Assembly (NCBI GenBank): GCA_035518135.1
Contig: DATIXW010000013.1
Span: 1 to 44,463, forward strand
DNA: 44,463 bases
From: Steroidobacteraceae bacterium
GTDB taxonomy: Bacteria; Pseudomonadota; Gammaproteobacteria; Steroidobacterales; Steroidobacteraceae
Reading direction: 5' to 3'
The notes beneath the pieces were generated by a model. It did no database searches. It was not told the DNA's origin and worked only from the letters and a program-made list of their open reading frames with translations. The position numbers were made by a program, and so were the translations under genes. Of this stretch, positions 18,448-27,479 are shown one piece after another. How positions within the stretch are numbered: position 1 is the stretch's first letter; each line of letters begins with the position of its first letter.

Positions 18448-18516
18448 CTAGGGGCGCCCCGCGGGCTTCACGATCCACCGCGCGCCGGGGGACAGGACCT
18501 TGCGGGCATCGGACAT
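18448..18516 (-). CDS. Possible 22-codon upstream ORF/leader peptide (MSDARKVLSPGARWIVKPAGRP)
   Basis: On the minus strand, GAAGGAGGCAAC-ATG is a near-perfect Shine-Dalgarno at optimal spacing. The TAG stop lies 11 nt before the permease ATG, which has no SD of its own. There is no homology evidence. Confidence 0.3.
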   Translation of the reverse strand: MSDARKVLSPGARWIVKPAGRP

Positions 18517-18783
18517 GTTGCCTCCTTCTGCTAGAGCGCATTTAAGCATCGGGGTGCAGCGCAGGGCCAATCGCCGCTCCCGATCGCGGCGCCTCGGCGC
18601 CCTTGGGTCGCAGGCCGCGTTGGAATGCTCTGGAGGGCCAGCGGCCCGGGTGCGCCCAAAAAAGTCTACCGCAGCGAAAAATTCGATAGCGCGAATTCCC
18701 CTCTCCCCTACCCGGGGTCGTGCCAACGGTGCTAGCGTTTTGCCTCGCGGGGCCAGGGCCCCGCTTGGGCGGAGAACTGGAGC

Positions 18784-19653
18784 ATGACCGATCTCGTCGA
18801 GCAGCTGCACCGCGAGGGTTACGCGATCGTGCGCGGCTTCTTCGGCGCCGCGGACATGCGCGAGATCGGGGCCGCCGCCGACCGCGTGTACCAGGAGGGT
18901 CTGCGCCACCACGCCACCTACCGCCACAAGAATCTGCTGCTCGAAGTGCTCGATGATCCGCAGGCCGGGCGTCGCGTCGTGCTACAGGCGCACTGGAGCG
19001 CCTGGATCGAGCCGGTGCTCGAGCGCATGCGCCGCGACCTGCGTTACCTGGCGGTGCTCGAACCCTTCCTCGGGCGCGACATCAAGCAGATCACGCACCA
19101 GATCCACTGGAAGCCGCCGGGGGCGAAGTACACCTTCTACCGCTACCACCAGGACGCACGCTTCCGCAACGCCGCGGCGGTGCGCAACCTCCTGTACGGC
19201 AGCCTCAACACGGGGCTGGCGATCGACCGGCAGAGCGCGGCGAACGGTGCACTGCGCGTGATCCCGCGCAGCCACCTGAATGGCTACCTCGGGCTGTCGG
19301 AGGACGGCACCATCATGACGGGAACGACGCCCGATGAGGATCTGGTGCGCGCAGGACTCGACCCGGGCACGGCGGTGACCTGCGAGATGGAGAGCGGGGA
19401 CCTGCTCTTGTGGACGCTCTACACGGTGCACGGCTCGGCGCCGAACGTGAGCTGCGAGGACCGCCGCTTCATGATCAACAGCTACGCGCGCGCGGCCGAC
19501 AGCGAGCGCGGCGAGTGGGCCTTCCGCGAGGGCGTCCCGACGCCCCTCGGTGCCGAGCCACAGATCTGCAAGTACGAACAGCTGCACGAGCGCCCCGGTC
19601 CGTTCTACATCGAGCCGGACTGGACCGAAGAGGCGCGGGCAGCCAAGCGCTGA
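18784..19653 (+). CDS. Phytanoyl-CoA dioxygenase (PhyH)-family Fe(II)/2-oxoglutarate oxygenase
   Basis: Contains L..GYAIVRGFF, a YHQDARF HxD motif and a distal His in YTVHGSAPN. Length is 289 aa. Confidence 0.75.
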   Translation: MTDLVEQLHREGYAIVRGFFGAADMREIGAAADRVYQEGLRHHATYRHKNLLLEVLDDPQAGRRVVLQAHWSAWIEPVLERMRRDLRYLAVLEPFLGRDIKQITHQIHWKPPGAKYTFYRYHQDARFRNAAAVRNLLYGSLNTGLAIDRQSAANGALRVIPRSHLNGYLGLSEDGTIMTGTTPDEDLVRAGLDPGTAVTCEMESGDLLLWTLYTVHGSAPNVSCEDRRFMINSYARAADSERGEWAFREGVPTPLGAEPQICKYEQLHERPGPFYIEPDWTEEARAAKR

Positions 19654-19670
19654 AAAAGAGCAGGCCGCGC

Positions 19671-21152
19671 GTGTCTCTGAAGTCAGCGGCGGCGCAGCGC
19701 GCGCCGGGCTACCGCCGCCTGGTGCTCGGGGTACTGCTGCTAGTCTATGCCTGCAACTCCGCGCAGCGCAGCCTGATCCCGATCATCGGGCAGGCGATGA
19801 AGGTGGACCTGAAGCTCACCGACACACAGCTCGGGCTGCTCGCCGGCACGGCCTTCGCCGCGCTCTATGCCGTGAGCGGCATCCCGATCGCGCGCCTGGC
19901 GGAACGCTTCAACCGCGTCACCATTCTCAGTCTGTGTCTGGCGCTGTGGTCGGCGTTCACCACGCTGTTCGCCGCGACCGGCTCGTTCTTGCAGCTGCTC
20001 GCGGCGCGTGTCGGCGTGGGCGTGGGGGAGGCGGGCTGTTCGCCGTGCGCCCATTCCCTGATCTCGGATTACTACGCGCGCACGCGCCGCACCAGCGCGT
20101 TGTCGGTGTACTCGTGCGGTCTGTCGCTCGGTTACCTGTTCGTCGCTCTGGTCGGCAGTTACGTCACGCAGCACTACGGCTGGCGCGCGGCCTGCGTCGC
20201 CGTCGGGCTGCCCGGCATCGCGCTCGCCGTGCTGTTGAAGTTCCTGGTCGCAGAGCCGCTGCGCGGGCAGGCCGACGGCGTGCCGGTAGCGCCCGCCGCA
20301 CGCTTCTCGCTCGGCGGGGAGCTCGCGCAGCTGGCCGCGGCAGTGCGGGCGCTGTTCCTCACCTGGCCCGCGGCCAATATCGTCATGGGCCTCACGGTGG
20401 CCTCGTTCGCCTCCTACGGCTCCTGGGCGTTCATCCCCGCCTACTTCCCGCGCGCCTTCGGCCTCGATTACGCCACCTCCGGCTGGATCCTCGGGATCGT
20501 CGGCAGCGTGCCGGTCGCGCTCGGCATCCTCGCCGGCGGCTTCCTCACCGATCACCTCGGAGCACGCAGCCCGCGCTGGTACGCGCTCGTGCCCGCGGCG
20601 GGCCTGCTGGCCTCGACCCCCTTCTACCTTGCGGCGCTCATGCGCTCCGGCTGGCCGGCGGCGGCCGTGCTGCTCGCGGTGCCCGGCTTCCTCCAGTACA
20701 TCTCACTCGGACCGAGCTTCGGAGTGGTGCAGAACGTGGTCGCCGTGCGTCAGCGCGCCACGGCGAGCGCCCTGCTCTTCCTATGCCTGAACGTGCTCGC
20801 CCTGGGGGGCGGCCCGCTCTTCACCGGCTTCGTGATCGATCAGCTGGCGCAGAGCTACTTCGTGCACGGGGATGCGGGGATCGGCGCCGCGCTCGTGCGC
20901 GCGCTCACCGAGGGTGGCAGCGGCCGCGGTGCCTTCCGCGCCGCCTGCCCGGGCGGAGTCGCTCCGGAGGGCGCGGCGGCGCAACTGGCGCGCGCCTGCA
21001 CGCAGGCGCTCGCCCGCGGCTCGCGCACGGGCATCATGGTGACGCTGACGCTCTACGCCTGGGCGGCCGCGCACTACCTGCTCGCCTGCGTGGGGCTCGC
21101 GCGGCAGCTGCGCCTGGCCGCCGAGCGCAACGCCGTGGCGGAGCCCGCTTAA
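19671..21152 (+). CDS. MFS transporter (Spinster-like subgroup)
   Basis: An in-frame GTG at 19671 gives YRRLVLGVLLLVYACNSAQRSLIPIIGQAMKVDLKLTDTQLGLLAGTAFAALYAVSGIPIARLAERFNR. About 12 TM segments are apparent. Confidence 0.8.
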   Translation: MSLKSAAAQRAPGYRRLVLGVLLLVYACNSAQRSLIPIIGQAMKVDLKLTDTQLGLLAGTAFAALYAVSGIPIARLAERFNRVTILSLCLALWSAFTTLFAATGSFLQLLAARVGVGVGEAGCSPCAHSLISDYYARTRRTSALSVYSCGLSLGYLFVALVGSYVTQHYGWRAACVAVGLPGIALAVLLKFLVAEPLRGQADGVPVAPAARFSLGGELAQLAAAVRALFLTWPAANIVMGLTVASFASYGSWAFIPAYFPRAFGLDYATSGWILGIVGSVPVALGILAGGFLTDHLGARSPRWYALVPAAGLLASTPFYLAALMRSGWPAAAVLLAVPGFLQYISLGPSFGVVQNVVAVRQRATASALLFLCLNVLALGGGPLFTGFVIDQLAQSYFVHGDAGIGAALVRALTEGGSGRGAFRAACPGGVAPEGAAAQLARACTQALARGSRTGIMVTLTLYAWAAAHYLLACVGLARQLRLAAERNAVAEPA

Positions 21153-21166
21153 GCGCAAATGCCCGC

Positions 21167-22102
21167 TCAGGTGTCGTCGCGGTAGCGGCGGATGCGCATG
21201 GCCCCGTAGAGCAGGGCCGCGGCGGCGAGCACGCCGAGCCACAGGTCCACGTCGGTGAAGGCTGCCGCCCAGTTCAGATCGTGCAGCAGCTTCCCGGGTC
21301 CGTTGATCACCGAGTAGCCGTCGCGGTGGGTGAGCACGTTCCAGATGCCGCCGCTGCGATACTGCAGGAAGTGCCACAGGTGCTTGGTGTGGAACACGAT
21401 GAGCTCGAAGATGCACCCCAGTACCAGCGGCAGGATCGCCCACAGCAGCGGACTGCGCTTCACCCACGCCGACAGCAGCATCGCTGCGGCGACCAGCGGC
21501 GCGTACCAGAGCGAGGCGAGGATCAGGCACAGCAGGATGACGCACTCGCCGCGCAGCCAGGCGAGGGTGTTCCAGGTGGCGACATCGGGCACCGCACCGC
21601 TCGCGGCGCGCGCCTGCCAGATCCCGAGCGCGACCAGGTGACCGACGGCCGCCAGCAGAAAGATCCCGAGCGGGGCGACGGCGACGATGACCAGGAACTT
21701 CGACAGCACGGTCAGGCCATCCGACACCGGCAGTGACTTCCAGAAGAGGATGCTGCGGTCCTTGCGCTCCGCATACAGGCAGTCGAGCGCCACGAAGGCG
21801 CCCACGATGGCAGCGGCCGTGTACAGCACCGCCACCCACAGCATCTGGCTCATGTTGAGCACGAGGACGCGCGCGCCCTCATCGACGTTCTGGATGTTGA
21901 CGTCGTTCACCCGCACGCCGATCGTCTTGGCGAACAGCGTCACCACCGCCAGGGCGGCCGCGACGATCAAGGGGACCAGCCACAGCGCCGTGTGCTCCCA
22001 GAATTCACGCCGTATCAGCGTGCGCAGCGTGCGGCCCGTGACGGCCGGTGCCGCAGCGGGCGGGGGCGCGCCGGCGCCGAGCGCGGCAGTTTCGGTATTC
22101 AT
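21167..22102 (-). CDS. ABC-2-type integral membrane protein (permease partner of the preceding ATPase)
   Basis: Polytopic membrane protein containing YAERKDRSILFWKSLPVSD, as seen in ABC-2 permeases. Its start overlaps the ATPase stop by 4 nt. Confidence 0.6.
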   Translation of the reverse strand: MNTETAALGAGAPPPAAAPAVTGRTLRTLIRREFWEHTALWLVPLIVAAALAVVTLFAKTIGVRVNDVNIQNVDEGARVLVLNMSQMLWVAVLYTAAAIVGAFVALDCLYAERKDRSILFWKSLPVSDGLTVLSKFLVIVAVAPLGIFLLAAVGHLVALGIWQARAASGAVPDVATWNTLAWLRGECVILLCLILASLWYAPLVAAAMLLSAWVKRSPLLWAILPLVLGCIFELIVFHTKHLWHFLQYRSGGIWNVLTHRDGYSVINGPGKLLHDLNWAAAFTDVDLWLGVLAAAALLYGAMRIRRYRDDT

Positions 22103-22968
22103 GCGTTGGGCGCTCCTTGCATCTTGGCGACGAACAGGTCCGCGATCGAGGGCGTGCGCAGCTCCCCGAGCGGGGCCAGTTCCGCGGCCGAGCGGCCCTC
22201 AAAGAACAGTGCCACGCGGCCGAAGAGCTCGCGCTCGTAGAAGGGCTTGAGCGCGCGCGCCCGCGGGGCGGCATCGGCGCTCACGTTCAGCTGCAGATAG
22301 TGGCTGCCGAGGTCCTCGACCGAGCTCGACAGCGCCACCTGGCCGCGCTGGATGAAGATGACGTCCGTGAACAGGTTCTCCACTTCCTCCACCTGGTGGG
22401 TGGTCAGGAGGATGGTGCGTTCCTTGTCAAAGTAATCATTGAGCAGCGTGTCGTAGAACTGGCGCCGGTAGAGCAGGTCGAGGCCGAGTGTCGGCTCATC
22501 GAGCACCAGCAGCCTTGCGTCGATCGCCAGAATCAGCGCCAGATGCAGCTGCGTCACCATCCCCTTGGAGAGCTCGCGCACCCGGCTGCTGAACTGGATA
22601 TCGGTTTTCTTGAGAAATTCCAGTGCCCGGGCGCGGTCAAAGCGCGGGTGCACGCCCTCGCAGTACTTTAGCGCCTGCTGCACGCGCAGCCAGCGCGGCA
22701 GCACTGCGACGTCGGCCATGAAGCACACATCGCGCATGATCTCGTCGCGCTGCGTGCGCGGGTCGCGGCCGAGCACGCTCAGGTGACCCTTAAAGGGCGT
22801 AAGGCCCAGGATTGCCTTGAGGGCTGTAGTCTTGCCGGCGCCGTTGGGGCCGATGAGCCCGACGATGCGTCCGGTGGCGACGCTGAAACTCACCCGCTCC
22901 AGCGCCCGCTTGGCGCCGAAGTGCTTGCTCAGGTCACGGGCCTCAATTACTGCGGTCATCGTTCTCAC
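22099..22968 (-). CDS. ABC transporter ATP-binding protein
   Basis: Contains Walker A GPNGAGKTT, signature LSKGMVTQLHLA and Walker B LLVLDEPTLGLD. Confidence 0.9.
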   Translation of the reverse strand: MRTMTAVIEARDLSKHFGAKRALERVSFSVATGRIVGLIGPNGAGKTTALKAILGLTPFKGHLSVLGRDPRTQRDEIMRDVCFMADVAVLPRWLRVQQALKYCEGVHPRFDRARALEFLKKTDIQFSSRVRELSKGMVTQLHLALILAIDARLLVLDEPTLGLDLLYRRQFYDTLLNDYFDKERTILLTTHQVEEVENLFTDVIFIQRGQVALSSSVEDLGSHYLQLNVSADAAPRARALKPFYERELFGRVALFFEGRSAAELAPLGELRTPSIADLFVAKMQGAPNA

Positions 22969-23374
22969 CTGGGGCTGCGGACGGGGTGCCTTGCGGCGTC
23001 GGCCACGGCGTGGCGGGCGCAGCGGCCGCGGCGCGCTGCAGCTCCTCGGGGGTCAGCCCCAGGCGCTGAATGGTCGCGTGGATCTTCGGCCACTCATCCT
23101 CGAGAAAGCGCTGGCGCTCGTCCTTCAGCAGCGCCTTGCGCGCGCCGGGGCTCACGTACATGCCAAGTCCGCGCCGTTTCTCGACGAGCGCCTCATCGAC
23201 CAGCTGCTGGTAGCCCTTGAGCACGGTGAGCGGGTTCAGCCGCAGGTCCGCGGCGACGCTGCGGACCGAAGGTAGCGGGTCGCCTTCCTTGAGGACACCC
23301 TCGAGGATCATCGCTACCACTCGGTCCCGCAGCTGCCGGTAGATCGGCTGGCTGTTTTCCCACTGCGGATCCAT
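22943..23374 (-). CDS. GntR-family transcriptional regulator, short YtrA-like subfamily
   Basis: PIYRQLRDRVVAMILEGVLKEGDPLPSVRSVAADLRLNPLTVLKGYQQLVDEALVEKRRGLGMYV is the GntR winged HTH. The effector part is short. It lies upstream of an ABC ATPase/permease pair, as in ytrA-type operons. Confidence 0.85.
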   Translation of the reverse strand: MDPQWENSQPIYRQLRDRVVAMILEGVLKEGDPLPSVRSVAADLRLNPLTVLKGYQQLVDEALVEKRRGLGMYVSPGARKALLKDERQRFLEDEWPKIHATIQRLGLTPEELQRAAAAAPATPWPTPQGTPSAAPGENDDRSN

Positions 23375-23412
23375 GATCGTTGAGAGGACGCCTGTAACGG
23401 GGGAATAGCCGA

Positions 23413-23610
23413 CTAATCTACCAAAACGGCCGGTTCAGGCTGGCCGAACCAACCCGGCTGGGTCTGCAACGCGATCGCGGTCTTGTGGACGCGCGCGCCG
23501 TAGGGCTCGGCGGTCGCCGTGACGAAGCTCATCGCGAGCACCACGGTGATCAGGGTCGCCGCGGCACCGCAGGTCATGTCACGGAACAACGTGCTTGCGA
23601 AGGTGTTCAT
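23413..23610 (-). CDS. Small (65 aa) single-TM hypothetical protein, first gene of the GntR operon
   Basis: AAGGAG lies 6 nt before the ATG (complement 23608-23610). The product is MNTFASTLFRDMTCGAAATLITVVLAMSFVTATAEPYGARV.., with one hydrophobic helix. I recognise no family. Confidence 0.45.
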   Translation of the reverse strand: MNTFASTLFRDMTCGAAATLITVVLAMSFVTATAEPYGARVHKTAIALQTQPGWFGQPEPAVLVD

Positions 23611-23688
23611 GGTCATCTCCTTGTGGATCGTTGGGTTCACTCGTTTGCCTCTGGTCGGTCGGGCTGCTTCCGCACCTCACCTTCCATG

Positions 23689-23724
23689 GTGTTCTACTCT
23701 ACTAGAACACTACTTGAGTGTCAA
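23689..23724 (-). promoter_or_regulatory. Sigma70-like promoter overlapped by an inverted repeat (candidate YtrA/GntR operator)
   Basis: The minus strand reads TTGACA (23719-23724), a 17-nt spacer, then TAGAGT (23696-23701). The inverted repeat GTGTTCTA-N6-TAGAACAC (23689-23710) covers the spacer, the -10 and the likely transcription start. This is an A+T-rich island in GC-rich DNA. Confidence 0.5.
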
Positions 23725-23924
23725 ACTAATCCTGAGCTGCCGCCGTTCCCGGGGATCCGGGTCAGCCGCCGGGCTTTCGGACAGCCGAAGCAGGGGGCCG
23801 CCACGCGGTCGGGCAGGCCGGCGGCCGGCCTTGCCGGGGGGCTGTCCCGGCCGGCGCAGGGCCGCCAGGGGAGGACGCAGGCTAGAATCACCGGCTCCTC
23901 CCGTTCAGGAAGAAGACCGCGTTC

Positions 23925-24905
23925 ATGAAAGCCCCCGTTAATGTCGCCATCACGGGCGCGGCCGGTCAGATCGGCTACGCCCTCGCCTTCCGTGTCGCCT
24001 CCGGTGCCATGCTCGGTCCGGACACCCCGGTGAATCTGCACCTGCTGGAGATCACCCCCGCTCTCGGGACGCTCAACGGCGTGGTCATGGAACTCAATGA
24101 CTGCGCCTTCGGCACGCTGAACCAGGTCATCGCCACCGACGATGCGAAACGGGCCTTCCGCGACTGTCAGGTTGCGCTGCTGGTGGGCGCGCGTCCGCGC
24201 GGACCGGGCATGGAGCGCAAGGACCTGTTACTGGCGAACGCGCAGATCTTCTCCGCGCAGGGCAGGGCGCTGAACGAGGCGGCGCGCCGCGACGTGAAGG
24301 TGCTGGTGGTCGGCAACCCCGCCAATACCAACGCGCTCATCGCGCGCGCCAACGCGCCGCAGCTCAGTCAGCGCAACTTCACCGCGATGACGCGCCTGGA
24401 TCACAATCGCGCCCTGTCGCAGCTCGCGGAGAAGACCGGTACGCACGTCACCGACATCCGCCGCATGACGATCTGGGGCAACCACTCCGCGACGCAGTAC
24501 CCGGATCTGACGCACGCCGAGGTGCGCGGTGAGAAGGCGACGACGCTCGTCGAGCGCGAATGGGTGGAGAAGACCTTCATCCCGACGGTGCAGCAGCGGG
24601 GCGCGGCGGTCATCAAGGCCCGCGGCTCCTCGTCGGCCGCCTCGGCCGCCTCGGCCGCCATCGACCACGTGCACACCTGGTTTCACGGCACCGCCGCACA
24701 CGACTGGGTGAGCATGGCCGTGCCATCCGACGGCAGCTACGGCATCGGCGCCGGCGTCATCTATTCTTATCCGGTGACGGTGCGCAACGGCGACTACCAG
24801 ATCGTGGCGGGACTGCCGATCGATGCCTTCAGCCGCCAGCGCATGGATGCGACCCACGCGGAGCTGCTCGAGGAGCGCGACGGAGTGCGGACGCTGCTGG
24901 GGTGA
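23925..24905 (+). CDS. mdh: Malate dehydrogenase (LDH-unlike, about 326 aa type)
   Basis: Contains [56 protein letters not shown] and [11 protein letters not shown]. Confidence 0.95.
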   Translation: MKAPVNVAITGAAGQIGYALAFRVASGAMLGPDTPVNLHLLEITPALGTLNGVVMELNDCAFGTLNQVIATDDAKRAFRDCQVALLVGARPRGPGMERKDLLLANAQIFSAQGRALNEAARRDVKVLVVGNPANTNALIARANAPQLSQRNFTAMTRLDHNRALSQLAEKTGTHVTDIRRMTIWGNHSATQYPDLTHAEVRGEKATTLVEREWVEKTFIPTVQQRGAAVIKARGSSSAASAASAAIDHVHTWFHGTAAHDWVSMAVPSDGSYGIGAGVIYSYPVTVRNGDYQIVAGLPIDAFSRQRMDATHAELLEERDGVRTLLG

Positions 24906-24953
24906 GTGAACCGGCGCGGGCGTCACGGCGCCTGCGCGGGAAAGGATGACTGC

Positions 24954-27479
24954 ATGCTCGGTGCGATCGTATCGCTGATCCTCGTCGTGGCGGCCGCCTT
25001 TGCGGTCACTAAGATCGGCGGCGTCATCACGCTGCTGTTCATCGCCGCGGTGCTGTTCCTCGCGTACCGGCGGCTGTCGCTGATCGCCTTCACGTGCACC
25101 TTCACGGTGCTGTTCGTCGCCTACAGCTGGCTGGGCGCACCGGCGGGGATCTGGAAGGGCTTCCTCGGGGTGCTGCTCGCCGCGCTGTGGCTGCTGAACG
25201 TGCGTCCCCTGCGCAAGGCGCTGATCACGCGCCCCTTCATGAAGGCGTACCTGAAGCTGCTGCCCTCGATGTCGCAGACCGAGAAGGAGGCGCTGGAGGC
25301 GGGTACCGTATGGTGGGACGGGGAACTATTCACCGGCGCGCCGTGCTGGGAGAAGCTGCTGGCCGCCAAGCCCCCGCAGCTGTCTGCGGAGGAGGCAGCG
25401 TTTCTCGCCGGCCCGTGCGAAGAGCTGTGCCGCATGCTCGATGACTGGAACATTACCCACGAGCGCGGCGACATGCCGCCGCAGGTGTGGGAGTTCCTGA
25501 AGACCAAGGGCTTCTTCGCCATGATCATCCCGAAGAAGTACGGCGGCCTGGAGTTCTCCGCCTACGCCCACTCGTGCGTGCTCGCCAAGATCGCCAGCCG
25601 CAGCGCCACCGCGGCCTCGACCGTCGCGGTGCCCAATTCGCTCGGCCCGGGCGAACTGCTCAACCACTACGGCACGCAGGAGCAGAAGGACTACTACCTG
25701 CCGCGCCTCGCGCGCGGCGAGGAAGTGCCGTGCTTCGCGCTCACCGGGCCGCGCGCAGGCTCGGATGCCGGCTCCATCCCGGACACCGGCATCGTGTGCC
25801 GCGGCCTCTACCAGGGGCGCGAGGTGCTCGGTCTGAAGCTCAACTTCTCCAAGCGCTACATCACCCTGGCCCCGGTCGCGACGGTCATCGGGCTCGCGTT
25901 CCGCATGTTCGACCCGCAGAAGCTTCTCGGGGAGAAGAGCGACATCGGCATCACCTGCGCGCTCATCCCGCGGCAGACTCCCGGGGTCACGATCGGACGG
26001 CGCCATTTCCCGCTCAACGTCCCCTTCCAGAACGGGCCGATCCAGGGTAAGGACGTGTTCGTGCCGCTCGACTGCATCATCGGCGGCCCGAAGCTGGCCG
26101 GCAGCGGCTGGCGCATGCTGGTCGAGCAGCTCTCGGTCGGCCGCTGCATCTCGCTGCCCTCCAACACCACCGGCGGCGCCAAGGCCGCAGTGTGGGCCAC
26201 CGGCGCCTACGCGCGCATCCGTCAGCAGTTCAACACGCCGGTCGGCAAGTTCGAGGGCGTGGAGGCGGTGATCGCGCGCATGGTGGGACTCACCTACACC
26301 ATCGATGCGGCGCGCTCGGTGACCGCCGGAGCCATCGATGGCGGCGAGCGCCCCTCGGTGCCCTCCGGGATCCTGAAGTATCACGCCACCGAGATGGGGC
26401 GCCAGGTCGCCAACGACGCCATGGACGTGCACGGGGGCAAGGGCATCTGCCTCGGCCCCAGCAACTACCTCGGGCGCGGCTACGAGGTCGTGCCGGTGGC
26501 CATCACGGTCGAGGGCGCGAACCTCCTGACGCGCAATCTCATCATCTTCGGGCAGGGGGCGATCCGCTGCCACCCGTTCGTGCTGCGCGAGATGACTGCC
26601 GCGCGCAACCCCGACCGCGTGCGCGGCGTCGACGACTTCGACCGGGCCCTGTTCGCGCACATCGGCTTCACGCTCTCGAACGCCGTGCGCTCCTTCATCA
26701 TGGCGCTCACCCACGCGCGCTTCACGCGCGCGCCGGTACGCGGCGCCACGGCCCGCTACTACCAGCACGTGGTGCGCTTCTCCGCCTCCTTCGCCTTCGC
26801 GGTGGACGTCGCGATGCTGACCCTGGGGGGCTACCTGAAGAAGAAGGAGAACCTCTCGGCACGGCTGGGGGACGTGCTCTCGTGCATGTACCTCGCCTCC
26901 ATGCTGCTCAAGCATCACGAGAACCAGGGCCGCCAGGAGGAGGACCTGCCGATCCTCGAGTGGGCCTGCCGCAACCTGCTTTACCACGCCCAGGAACAGC
27001 TCCACGGCTTCCTGCGCAACTTCCCCAACGCCGCGCTCGCGGCGGTGATGCGCGCGCTGATCTTCCCGCGCGGCCGCATTTACTCCGCACCCGATGATCG
27101 CCTCGGGCGGCGGGTGGCCTCGCTCGTCACCATGCCGAGTGCGGCGCGGGAGCGCCTCGGTGAATTCACCTACCGCACCCTCGAGCCCACTAACGCGCTC
27201 GGGCTGCTGCAGGAGGCACTGCTGCTGGCGATACAGCTCGAGCCGCTCGAGAAGCGCATCCGCGTCGAGGGCGTCAAGACCGGGCGCGTGACGGCACTCG
27301 ATCCGCCCGGGCGCATCCAGCAGGCGCTCGAGGTGGGTCTGATCTCGGAGACCGAGGCGGCGGCGCTGCGCGACTATGATCGCAAGGTGATGGACCTGAT
27401 CCACGTCGATGACTTCGAACCCGACGCGCTCGGGACCCGGGCGCGATCGGCGGCGAGCTCCAGCGCGCACGTGGCATGA
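24954..27479 (+). CDS. fadE: Long-form acyl-CoA dehydrogenase (FadE type)
   Basis: ATG 24954 is preceded by AAAGGA. N-terminal TM helices are followed by an acyl-CoA dehydrogenase core (..FALTGPRAGSDAGSI..GKGICLG..EGANLLTRNLIIFGQG) and the FadE-specific C-terminal domain. Length is 841 aa. Confidence 0.9.
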   Translation: MLGAIVSLILVVAAAFAVTKIGGVITLLFIAAVLFLAYRRLSLIAFTCTFTVLFVAYSWLGAPAGIWKGFLGVLLAALWLLNVRPLRKALITRPFMKAYLKLLPSMSQTEKEALEAGTVWWDGELFTGAPCWEKLLAAKPPQLSAEEAAFLAGPCEELCRMLDDWNITHERGDMPPQVWEFLKTKGFFAMIIPKKYGGLEFSAYAHSCVLAKIASRSATAASTVAVPNSLGPGELLNHYGTQEQKDYYLPRLARGEEVPCFALTGPRAGSDAGSIPDTGIVCRGLYQGREVLGLKLNFSKRYITLAPVATVIGLAFRMFDPQKLLGEKSDIGITCALIPRQTPGVTIGRRHFPLNVPFQNGPIQGKDVFVPLDCIIGGPKLAGSGWRMLVEQLSVGRCISLPSNTTGGAKAAVWATGAYARIRQQFNTPVGKFEGVEAVIARMVGLTYTIDAARSVTAGAIDGGERPSVPSGILKYHATEMGRQVANDAMDVHGGKGICLGPSNYLGRGYEVVPVAITVEGANLLTRNLIIFGQGAIRCHPFVLREMTAARNPDRVRGVDDFDRALFAHIGFTLSNAVRSFIMALTHARFTRAPVRGATARYYQHVVRFSASFAFAVDVAMLTLGGYLKKKENLSARLGDVLSCMYLASMLLKHHENQGRQEEDLPILEWACRNLLYHAQEQLHGFLRNFPNAALAAVMRALIFPRGRIYSAPDDRLGRRVASLVTMPSAARERLGEFTYRTLEPTNALGLLQEALLLAIQLEPLEKRIRVEGVKTGRVTALDPPGRIQQALEVGLISETEAAALRDYDRKVMDLIHVDDFEPDALGTRARSAASSSAHVA

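Noticed and set aside
18657-18695. An A/T-rich hairpin AATTCG-N6-CGAATT followed (on the minus strand) by a T-run, which is terminator-like.
   Set aside because: The stem is only 6 bp and A/T-rich. No upstream minus-strand gene exists that it could terminate. It more likely belongs to the A/T-rich divergent promoter region.
18718-18750. A possible sigma54 promoter (GG..TTGC) upstream of the PhyH-family gene.
   Set aside because: In CGGTGCTAGCGTTTTGC the GG and GC elements are two nucleotides too far apart for the -24/-12 consensus, and the flanking bases do not match TGGCAC/TTGCW.
24633-24659. Tandem nonamer TCGGCCGCC x3 inside mdh, a possible microsatellite or slippage site.
   Set aside because: It encodes SAASAASAA. 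This aligns without length change to the conserved SSAASAANAA segment of this malate dehydrogenase class, so it is ordinary coding sequence and not an expansion.
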